From Elsinoe ampelina (lineage: Eukaryota): a DNA stretch of 20,000 nt. Positions 9,934-20,000 of the stretch are shown here, one piece after another. The notes under the pieces are model-generated. The model saw only the letters and a program-made list of their open reading frames with translations, had not been told where the DNA came from and made no database searches. Within the stretch, counting starts at the first letter, position 1. Every line of letters starts with the position of its first letter. Where the stretch lies: contig ML992507.1 in the NCBI GenBank assembly GCA_010093995.1, forward strand, positions 852,340 through 872,339, written 5' to 3'. Position numbers and translations under genes: made by a program.

Positions 9934-12900
9934 TCACGACCCCTTTTCCCCATTCCCGAAATAGCTCGACACCTTCCTTCCCCATCCATCGCTCCTCTTC
10001 CTCTCATTCTGCCTTGAAGTCAATTGATCCCGACTATCCATTCTCGCCTGCCAGACTGTGCTCCCCGGAGGACCCCTCCCTCCGTCCGTCAGCAAGCCAG
10101 TACCGTCCTGCCCATCCACTGATTCGCCCTCGAGACTATCACTCCTTCCATGACCCGCCACGATCCCCAAGCCGCTCGCATGATCCAGGTTCTCGCTGAT
10201 GCTGCGCTTGAGTTGGCCGCTCTCGCGGTGCCGGGCGAGGCTCCCATCGGGTCGGTGCTGGCCGTGAATGGTGATGAAGGACCCGTCGAGGTTCAAGGGC
10301 GGGGAGAGGTTGGGGCTGGTGGCGTTGAGTGTGGGGCTGAAGGTGTGATATGGTGGGTTCGTGCCCTGGCCTGTGTGACCTGTGTGACCGTTGCGGAGGC
10401 TGTTTCCATAAAGGCTGGAGGAGCTGGCGTGGGAGTGGACTGAGTTGCTGTCTCGTCCTTGCGATGCTGTTGAGTCGCCTGCACCTTTTTGGTGTTCGGT
10501 CGGAGGTTGAGGCCCGAATCTGGCCCGAGACGCTGGTGATGGGCTGCGCGCAGCGGCACCGTTTGGAAGTGGCTTACGTTCTGGTAGGTCGAGAGGGAGT
10601 GGTGGGAGGGGTGCATCCCTTGGTGGCGGCGGCGAGTAGGTGCTTTGAGGCAGAATGGAGGAAGTGTTCACTTCGGCCGCTCCATTCGTGCGTCCCTCGC
10701 CAGCTTGGACAGCCTCCTTCTCGTCAGATCCATGGCCGGCACCTGCCCGATCGTGTTCTGCGAGCCCTCTCAATTGAGCCTCAAGAGCTTCACGTTTGGC
10801 CTTCTCCTTAGCAGCTTCCTTCAGTGCTTCCTCCTTCTCAAGCTCAATCACTTCCAGGGCAGTACCAGACTTGATCGCGGCCAATCTCTCTCGCAAAGCT
10901 TTATTCTGATCCCTGAGTTCCTTGTTGTCCTTATTGGAATGCGTGAGTTGTTCTTCAGAGTTCGCCAGTTGAGTTCGTAGCTCGGCTCGTTCCGTCTCGA
11001 TAGCGTCGATCCGATGGCCGACGGTCTTGTAGTTCTTTGTCTCAAGACTGCGCTCCGTGAGCAGATTATTCATGTCCTGTTGAATGTCGTTGACATCTTG
11101 CTGGGCAGTACTAAGGTCGTTCTCAAGTTCTTCGTTCCTGGAGCTCAAGTTGGTGACCTGAGTGGTCAGGTCTGCAACAATGGTGTCACGCTGCTCGATA
11201 GTATCTAGCGCTTCTTTCAGTTTTGCATGCAGCACTTCAGCTTTGGCTGCCGAACATTAGTTTCAGTAAATCATACCCACATGAAGCCACTCACCTTCGT
11301 GTCGGAGTACATCAATGACTCTCCCCATGTTCTGAGCCAGCACCTCCGCACATAACGGATGACCTCTCTCAGCAGCGACCTGGATCGCCAGACCGCGCTT
11401 TGGACTACGGTGCGTGACGTTGGCGCCGTAGACACAAAGAAGCTCCACGCAGCTGCGCTCGCCCTTCCAAGCCGCCATCGTAAGTGCTGTATCACCTTCC
11501 GAGGTCTGTGCATTGACATGGGCACCTTTCTCGAGCAACTTCTGGACCGATACAGAGGACATGTGTGCTGCGGCGTTGATGAGCGGCGTTGCATTGTCGG
11601 AACCACCACGAACGTTGACATCGGTTCTGTCGTTCTCGAGCAGAAGATCGAGTATTGCTGGCTCTGCTATCCTAGTCGCCGCGGTGATTGGATATTTCAG
11701 TGTTCCGCCGCCAATATTAGGGTCCGCGCCGTGCTCGAGTAACATTCGAGCAACATCAGCTCTCGCACTTTCGCAAGCCGCCTGGAGCGCAGATCCACCA
11801 GGGAAGCCGATGGTATCTCTAGTAGGTGCGAGCTTATTCACATCCGCTCCGGCCTCGACAAGCGAAGTGCATACATCTGTGTGGCCAGCTTTAGCGGCAA
11901 GTTGAAGTGCGCACCCACAATTACCCTCAACCAGAGCTCCCTTTTCCAGTAACGCTCTTACCAGAACATCGTCACCATTCTCAGCTGCGACTGTTATGGC
12001 GTCCCGAACATCGAGAGCAGCCTCTGGATCTACCAATTTGGCACCGAGTATTTCGCAATGAGCGTCCACCGCATTGGCGTTTGCGCCACAGGTGTTGAGC
12101 AGCCAGGTTGCGGTAGCTGATTTCTCAAGCTTGACGGCCCGGTAGAGGGCTAGATCCCGGACTTCTGGCAGGATTGAGTCGGCTGTGAAATTGTAGAGTT
12201 TCTCCAGCAGCTCTTTCTGTTCGTCTGGACCAGTGGCTGCCAAGAAGAAGACATCGGTCAAGTAGAGGTCATTTCTGCTCTTGTGGTTGGTATCGTTGAT
12301 GGCATGATCCAGCAGAGCGTTCACGACTGACCAGCTCCTTTCGTGAGCAGCCGATGAGATCGCATGCCCGACTGTCGGGTTGGTATAGATATGTTCGAAG
12401 TCGAGCAATGTCTGAACACTTTCGAGCCGACCGTGGTAGGCAGCCTCGGACAGAGCTTGCTCCAGGAGGTGCGGGTTTTCTTGCCATTTCTTGATGCCAT
12501 GTATCAAAATGTCTCGAAACAATTTCGGCTCCGAGAACATGGCTGCTAAAGATAGCGGAGCATCACAGGAAGTATAGTCGAAGTTGAAGCGCACATCTCC
12601 ATTTAGAATCATATTCACAGCCTCGACAGTGCCAGATTTGATCGCGGCGTTGATCACCGGTCCATGCTCATTGCTGTAAGCATTGACGTTCGCGCCATGG
12701 TCCAGAAGGAGTTTCATGATTGACGAGTGTCCACGGACAGAGCAGAGATGCAGAGCCGTCCCGATGCTGCCTTCGCCAGCCTCGATGTCGATACCTGCAC
12801 GAATGAGGGCTTCGGTAACATCCTGATGTCCATTTAGTGCTGCTACATGAAGCTAACGCGACGTCAGCTTCTATCCGCAATCACGAGACAGCATACTTAC

Positions 12901-15900
12901 CGCAGTCATACCATCCGCATTTGTGGCATTTACAGTGCTTTGGGTAGCGTGCAAGACCAATGCAGAAATCAGGTTCTTCGAGCCGATGGCAGCAGCAATA
13001 TGCAGCGGGGACATATTCTCCGTCGATGATCCCTTGAAGTCGGTCGTGAGGGATTCGTACTTCGTCAACCAGAAGGCAGCGAGACTAGGCTCTGGAGACC
13101 AGAATCCTACCAGATTGCTGCAAAAGTCCTCAGCCAGGTCCGGCAATCCATTGTCGACATGGCGAAGTAAATATTTGAAGGGATATTGGCAGTCGGATTG
13201 CCTTGAAGTGGTCGCTTCCATCTCTTCAAGATCTTCAGCGGCCTCGGTTGTTCCTGTTGCGTCGGTGTGCTGCTTCGGCTGATCTCTGCGCTTTGGTCGG
13301 CTTGAATTTTGAGCTTCCGTGCGTATGAAACGCATGCATCTCCAAGCGAGCTCGCCATGGTACTGTTTGGTAGCTGACGATTCAGGGTTGGTTCCGGAGA
13401 GGTCCAAGTGGGAAGCTGAAAGCTTGAGAAATCGTGGCTTCAGTTCCGAGTCAGCGAAGACCACCTTTCCCGCCATGTCTCCCGATGTTACTAAACGGAT
13501 CAATGGCGAGCATTGCTTGACCAGAGCCTCGAGTTCATCCAAGTCCTCCATAGCAGTCAACACGCTGAGCTCTTTAAGCGTCGGCTCTTCGTATGCGACA
13601 ACCAGAGCTCGGAAAACCTCCTCGACTTCGAGCTGCAATTTAGAATTGCGCGAAAGTATCTGGTGTTCATCAGCATTGTATGAGCCAGAAGTTTTGGGAG
13701 CCTACCAGATTCCATGCATGTTCAACCAGACGATCGAGGTTGTGTCGATCAACGTCTCGAAGCCGCTTACGGACGGTCAAGTTAGTGCTTCCATTCGGCA
13801 TTGCCCTCAGCAACATGCAAACAATGTCGATCCACTTGTTATCCGGTGCGTTGTGTTCGATGGTGTTCCGGATGTGGTAGGCCAGATCGTCACTGTAATT
13901 CTTGGTCCGCTTAAGGAGCGAAACCTCATGTCGTGCATGTTTTTGCCGGGCAAGTCTGAGCTTGCCCCCATATTGAGGATCGTTCTCCAAATCCACTGCT
14001 ATGACTTGGTCTGACCTCAACCTCTCCGCAATATGTGCTTCGTTGCTGCTTGTAATAAGCCACTTGGCTGGCCGATGCTGCTCAGCCAGTCTCGAAGAGG
14101 CAATGTCCTCTTTCATGAAATCCAGAAGCTTGAATGTGGAGCTGCTGTACTGTAGGTTGTGGATATTGCTGACGATGACAAAGGCGCATTGTATAGATGG
14201 ATCGGTCAGGATGTCTTGAAGACACTGCCAGAGGTTTTCAACGGTTGTTGTCGCCCTAGTGTCTGCAGCTGAGCCATCTCTGCGGAATCCAGTGCTGTCA
14301 TTGCTCTCTCGCTGACGGTACTCAGCAACCCTGAGAAAATGCTTGGCGTGGGATGCTAACGAGTCGTTCTGATTGATAAGCTGTGTGATCAGTGACTTCA
14401 GCAAGTTCTCGGCCGAGGAAGCCTCCGGACCCTGCTCGCACATGAAGAATACATTGAAAGCCGTTGTCTTCCCAGAGATGGCCGATTGTTGTATCTTCTC
14501 CACGATCTCGGTGGTGTGCTGGATAGCCGCGAGGGCTGCAGTAGTTTTCCCAAGACCTGCCCCACCCCGAATCCACAAGCAGGGCTGGTAGGAAGCTGAG
14601 ATCGCGTGCGCATCCAGCCAAGACCCATACACTGCTTCCTTAGTCAGCCACGACACTATCGGCTCTTGGCCAAGTAGCGAGCGGACTTTGATGCGCATGT
14701 CTACCCCCTCTAGACATTGGCGGATCAGGTTCACAACATTCTGATGCATGTTGTTTTGCCCGGAAGCGGTCGCGCGCTTGCGGGAATTGGCATTTGCGTT
14801 TTGTACCATTGACTTGAGCTTGCCCTTCAGCAAATCAAATCTTTGGTCATCAATACTCTCGAATTGGATCAGACCGCTGTGGTCCTTGGTGAGTCCAATC
14901 CCATGAGCACCTTGCAGGAGCGCGGAGTCCTTCTCAACGAAATGCTTCACCAATAGTCAGCGGGTGGATACCCGTTCTTGGCTAATGTTGACCTACAGCG
15001 CTAATACCAAGGGCGCCTGCGCCCGTAGACAGCACTTTCGAAGCTACACCGACGAAAGCCTTGTTCGAGCTGAGACCAGGAATGACTTTGGCGTAGTTTG
15101 AGACGTACTTCTTCCAATTTGTCTGAACTTCCTCGTAAATGCAAAGAAGCTCGATGGGCGGGCTGATAGATTTGCAGAGATGCATGAAGTCGCCGGTCAG
15201 CTCCACCAGACTCGCATTACCTTTGGCCTGTAGCCGAACCAACGAATCGTACGTGGCTTTGCCGAAGACTTGCGAGGCGAAACAGTAGTACATACCCAAC
15301 TTGGCCATGTCTGTGCCCCGAAAGGGAGTGCCGAAGAACAGACAGCCAGTTGTACAGGTAAGTACGCTCTGATATTGCTCTCTGTAAGCATTTGCAGTAG
15401 TCACCGTCTTCCCACACCATCAGCTGAATGACCGGTCCACGAGAGGGTTGGCCTACCTTTGCGATCACGAGTCCGCCCATACTGTGGCCGATGAAGACCA
15501 GAGGTCGCGATGTTTCCGTTGGGCCCTGCGATGGTCAGCTGATCTATCCGGAACGCCATGAATCAAGCCTACTGTTCTGATTTCCATCAACCCGTCGAGC
15601 AGAACTCTGGCAATGTTGTCCATGGTGGCTTTGACCTTGCGCCTGCCCTTCCAAGCAGATGCATAATCGTAGAGGATGATTCTGGCCGAAGGGAACAGAG
15701 CCGCCAAGCCGTCAGCGTCCTTAATCCAGTTGAATTTGCGGATGACCTCTTGTTTCTGAGCATCAGTATCAGATGTGAACGACTCCTCTGTGCCATCTGC
15801 CTCGGCAATGCCAGTCTCTGTGCTCTCCGACTTGCTGGGCTCCCAAGTCCAACATGCTTCTGGATTTGTACCAAGACCGGGCACTGCGACGATACTGTCA

Positions 15901-16045
15901 CAGTCAGCGAGCGACTTGCCAGATTGGAGAACGCAGCTCACTCTACATCAGCGTATTGAGGATTATGGAACACTCGCAGGCCCTGTCTCATCGTCTTGTA
16001 AATCTCCTCCGCCTTGGTTGGCACATCGGCATTAGTGCCTTCCAT
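9934..16045 (-). CDS. Fungal NLR-like protein (~1924 aa): SesB-like alpha/beta-hydrolase, NACHT, ankyrin repeats, coiled coil, disordered tail. Exons 16045-15942, 15894-15573, 15525-15457, 15407-14997, 14944-13706, 13659-12901, 12852-11295, 11246-9934
   Basis: Seven GT..AG introns of 46-52 nt with CTGAY/CTAAT branch sites join the ORFs into one open 5775-nt frame. Motifs: DIVAVPGLG, RIILYDY, PLVFIGHSMGGLVIAK (GHSMGG 15489-15472), LFFGTPFRG, KDHSGL, Walker A GGAGLGKT (14566-14543), KWLITS, ~16 ankyrin-like units (~13010-11330) and a heptad-rich segment (~11246-10770). Confidence 0.92.
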
Positions 16046-16559
16046 GGCCGCTCAGAGGAAATCAGGAATTGCAGGTGAGAAACGAAAATGAAATACAGGT
16101 AATGCCGCACAACAGCTCGACAGTAAAGATAGACATACCACAGCGCCAGTCGAGATGAGACCTGTTAACAGTTCCAGCCCACGGCTTCGCTCTTGTGTTC
16201 GAATCGAGCAGCTCGCGCCATGCTGCAAATAGGTAGGCAAATAGCTTGTGCCTCTGACACTACCTCACAATAACCCAAGAGTCATCACAGCATGCCGTTC
16301 TTCAGCCCAGCTGGACGTCGATTCCAGCCCTGGCTTGCATCAATGCATGATAGCTCTCATGAGGGTGTGATCATGCTGCCGGGGTCTAGTCTCCTTGAGG
16401 ATAATGATGGCATGTGGGACAGGGAGCAGAGTGCAGACGAGCTGAGAAGAAGAGCGAAGCGCCAGCTCTTTCGCTGTGCTCTGTGCGCTGCCAGATGCGG
16501 AAAGGTGTCCGGGATCGGCGGGCCGCTCCAATCACATCGACCTTGAAATGCCGCAGCCC

Positions 16560-16701
16560 TGTTGTAATGGAAGGCTGGTACAGCTTCTCTGGTACTGAAG
16601 AACTGGTACTGATGAGTCAGCGCACGCACAGTAGATAAATCGGTTATTGTAACTCTCTGAATGAAACATATGTCTCTCGATCCGATTTACTAGTTATAAC
16701 A
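16560..16701 (+). repeat. 5' LTR (142 bp) of the copia element
   Basis: It starts TGTTGTAA and ends TTATAACA (TTACAACA with one RIP-type C>T), giving 8-bp inverted termini TG..CA. The primer-binding site follows immediately. The candidate 5-bp TSD is AGCCC (16555-16559). The second LTR is not in the window. Confidence 0.8.
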
Positions 16702-16721
16702 GGTTATAAGCCCGGCGCTTC
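16702..16721 (+). promoter_or_regulatory. Primer-binding site complementary to the anticodon arm of initiator tRNA-Met (half-tRNA priming)
   Basis: GGTTATAAGCCCGGCGCTTC equals GGTTATGAGCCC.. with one TG>TA RIP change. It is the reverse complement of ..GGGCTCATAACC of tRNAiMet and abuts the LTR terminal CA. Confidence 0.85.
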
Positions 16722-19204
16722 TATAAAAGCACTTAAAGCTATAGCAAATTAAGCGTGTCATTATTAAAAGGATTACTAAGCCGCCTACACTAAATTCTAG
16801 ACTAGCTATATTAAGACAAACACTTGTAGTAGCCTACATTAACCCTTTAATTAAACAGTTTAAACGGCTTAAATAAGCTAATTACATTAATTAAATTAAT
16901 AGGCCTTTAGCTAATTACTATTATTATATCTAGATTAGCAAAAATGCTTAAGACTTAGATTCTTAAGAGAGAAAGCAACTATAATGCTTAGAGATTAACC
17001 CTTAAGGTAGCCCTCCTTAAAAAGGATATACTTAGATATATAATTTATAACATCGACTAGATACTAGTAGTTATAAAGCCTAAAGAACTAGCCCTAGATA
17101 CTAGTAAAGACACTAAGGCAATCTATAAGGTTAGGAACAAGACCTAGTATAAGAATAATAGAATTGCTTATAGTATTATTATAATAAGGATTTATAAATT
17201 TATTAGACCTTACTATAGTATAACTTAGAAGACTTTAAAGGAACTTCTAGATACTATTAAAGCTACATTTAAACCTGTTGTTTTATATAAGCTATATATA
17301 GCTATCTATAACCTTAATAAGGTAATTATAACAAGTTATAACACCTAAAGGTACTATAAAGATTTCATAAAGTACTATTATTAATACACTATTACTATAG
17401 AGCAAAGAGTAAGCACTATTAGTACTAAACTAGATAAGTTTAGGCTCCCTCTATACTATATTAAGACTATGTTTATTATAGAAATAGAGACTACTAAATA
17501 GTTAAGGAGCTAGAGATCTAGCCTTAACTATAAGAAGAGTCTTAAAGAGATAATAGGCTCTCTTAGAATATAGAAGCCCCTATATAATAGAAGAACTAAT
17601 CTAAACTCTATTTATAGAGTAGCTAGTTATATTAAGGATTAATACACTTAGTATACTTATTATATCTACTCTAATATAAATTGCTTTAAGTAGCACCCTA
17701 AGAAAGCACTAAAGAGTTAGAGTAAAAGGGATAATAAAGATAAGTTAAATAATAAAGGCATAAAGGCTAAAGGCAAAAGTGACAAGTTAAAGACTAAGAA
17801 AGTTAGAGGTTAAGCAGCTATTAAAGAATCTAGAGAACTTACTAAGGTAGGTAAATTAGATAAACGCTCTAACACTAATATTAATATTATTATACTAGTC
17901 TATAGGGTAGTAGTAGTATCTACATTATTATCCTTAACCTATAGTAAGAATAGAGCAATCTATAACTCTAGTATATTAAGGTACTTTATTAAAGACAAGT
18001 TATAGTTCTTAACAATTAAGGTACATAAAGGTATTCTTAAATTTAAATAAGCTATTAGCACAAAGAAGCTACTTAATACAGAAGTTAGTATAGTTAGGCT
18101 TACCCTAACTAATAGCAAAGGCAAGAAGTTAATTATTAAGCTTTATAATTACATATACTTACTATTATTACTAAATACTCTTATATCTAATCTTTAGAAT
18201 AAAGAGGAACTTAGTATCTCTATAGTTAGCAAATCCTTAATAAAGAATAGAAAGGAAGTTAGCCTTATTAAACACTTTAAAAGAGTTAAATAGCTTAAGA
18301 ACTTTAAAGTATATAAGCCTTAGAACTATAAGGAATTACCTATAAGGCTAAAACTATAGAAGCTATAGGCTATAAGAGTAAATCTAGCTATTATAACTAC
18401 TTAAAAGCTAACATTAGAAAGATAGTACTAGAGGTTAGGCTATGCTAGTAATACTATTCTCTCCCTTACTAAAAGTTAAGCTATTAGATTAGAAGAACTT
18501 TAAATATTAGATCTTAGCTACTATAAACTATATACTATATTAAAGGCATAGAGGGTAGTATTAAGAGAACTAAGAGATACGCTAAAGTGCTTACTAGATA
18601 AACTCTATCTAGACCTTATTAGTCCTATTAAACTATAGTTAAGTAAGGGCTATAGATACTTTCTCTTTGTAACATATAGTAAAAGTAAGTATAAGTTTGT
18701 TACTATTCTCTTCCTTAAGAGTAATACACTAGTAGTAATTAAACTTATCTATATAAGGAACAAAATAGCCTATAATAAGCTTTTATTTATCTTTATCTCT
18801 AATAGAGGGAGTAAATTTAAGAACTATAAACTAGTAATAGCTATTTATCTTAAAGAGTAGAGATAGGACATCTCTATACCTAATACTTAATACTAAAATA
18901 GTAAATCTAAGGCTACTAATAAAGTGGTTATTCTTAGAATAAGGTATATCTTTGTTAATTATAGAGCACCTTTTAAACTCTAGTATATAGTTATAGAGTT
19001 TATAATCTACATTAGTAATAGGATTACCTATACTAAAACTAAGAAGATCCCTATATAAGAGCTAAGAAAGGATCTTCTTAATAATAATAGGCTAGTCTTA
19101 TTAACTTACATTAGACACTTCGGCTATAGAGCCTATATCTATAACTAACATGTTTCTAAATTATACAAATTCTAAGCTAGAGTACTACTTAGTTAGTATA
19201 TTAG

Positions 19205-19496
19205 NNNNNNNNNNNNNNNNNNNNNNNNNNNNNNNNNNNNNNNNNNNNNNNNNNNNNNNNNNNNNNNNNNNNNNNNNNNNNNNNNNNNNNNNNNNNNNNN
19301 NNNNNNNNNNNNNNNNNNNNNNNNNNNNNNNNNNNNNNNNNNNNNNNNNNNNNNNNNNNNNNNNNNNNNNNNNNNNNNNNNNNNNNNNNNNNNNNNNNNN
19401 NNNNNNNNNNNNNNNNNNNNNNNNNNNNNNNNNNNNNNNNNNNNNNNNNNNNNNNNNNNNNNNNNNNNNNNNNNNNNNNNNNNNNNNNNNNNNNNN
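19205..19496. other. Assembly gap (292 N)
   Basis: Run of N inside the retrotransposon. Confidence 1.
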
Positions 19497-20000
19497 AATT
19501 ATCTACCCCTATTAAAGAATAGAAGGAGTAACACTAACATCCTAAACTAGATTCTTAACCTGTTAATAAACAAGGGAAGTAACTTAATATTACTAATTAT
19601 AAAGGTAAAGACCTTATAATACTACTACCTAAAGTTATTAGTAAACTATATTTAACCTTTAATCCTATAGTTAATGTTAATTAACTACTAATATATATAT
19701 AGAATAAGGATGTTAACTTCCTTATTACATTATTTAATATATAACCTCTAACTAGTAAAAGGAAAAGATCTCTCTTACTATAAGAAACTATTAGAAAGTC
19801 CCTCAAAACACATCACTAGATTAATTACAAAAAACTTAACAATAGTAAAATCATTAGATCTACAGCTATTAATTTTAAGCTAGACCTATAAATAGTAAGA
19901 GATATACTATTCTCTCCTAAAGGTTATTACTAGTAAGCTATAATAGAGATAGAGTAGAAGGCTCTAACTAACTCTAAAACCTTTTTAATTATTAAGAAAT

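Larger units (their letters stand above)
16560..20000 (+). mobile_element. Ty1/copia LTR retrotransposon, RIP-inactivated, continuing beyond the window
   Basis: Reversing C>T/G>A changes restores a gag zinc knuckle CX2CX4HX4C (17643-17684) and protease IYDSGASRHF (~17958-17987). It also restores GAG-pre-integrase WHQRLGH (18423-18443) plus CxxC (~18522), integrase HLDLIGP (~18606), SDGGGEF (~18798), QNGKSE (~18893) and FGCRAY (~19119). A probable RT start lies near 19930. The order PR-IN-RT is copia. The interior is extremely AT-rich and TpA-rich with stops in all frames. Confidence 0.93.

Noticed and set aside
14730..14810. N/Q-rich linker (QNANANSRKRATASGQNNMHQNVVN) as an amyloid signalling motif
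   Set aside because: It is short, internal between the hydrolase and NACHT, and has no recognisable HET-s, sigma or PP pattern. No adjacent effector gene with a matching motif was seen.
10150..16078. Numerous plus-strand ORFs (e.g. 13319-14014, 10350-10811, 15558-15959)
   Set aside because: Antisense shadows of the NLR coding exons, with no independent motifs.
16292..16638. Short ORFs upstream of the NLR, one with CxxC-like residues
   Set aside because: No coherent domain. They overlap the probable promoter region and the LTR, and are likely chance ORFs.
19150..19515. 121-aa ORF in the ORF track
   Set aside because: Artefact of translating through the N gap.

Overview
Eukaryotic window from a filamentous ascomycete (Pezizomycotina-type), judged by short GT..AG introns with CTRAY branch sites and by RIP damage. 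It has three zones. (1) 1-~9250 is an accessory-looking, partly decayed region. It holds a truncated intron-containing tRNA-Leu-like sequence whose 5' half is duplicated as a 72-bp inverted repeat, a C2H2 zinc-finger pseudogene, and a disrupted gene with a SAP-like motif. These are followed by an open frame fusing only the N-terminal SNF2 ATPase lobe to four zinc fingers, a small convergent Zn-cluster-like gene and a ~160-bp tandem repeat. (2) 9934-16045 (minus strand) is an intact 8-exon, ~1924-aa NLR-like gene: SesB-like alpha/beta-hydrolase, NACHT with a non-acidic Walker B, ~16 ankyrin repeats, then an atypical C-terminal coiled coil and disordered tail. (3) 16560-20000 is a Ty1/copia LTR retrotransposon with a 142-bp LTR and a half-tRNAiMet primer site. 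Its gag-PR-IN-RT interior is destroyed by RIP, it contains an assembly gap, and its LTR is almost untouched. All calls were made by eye; no database searches were run.
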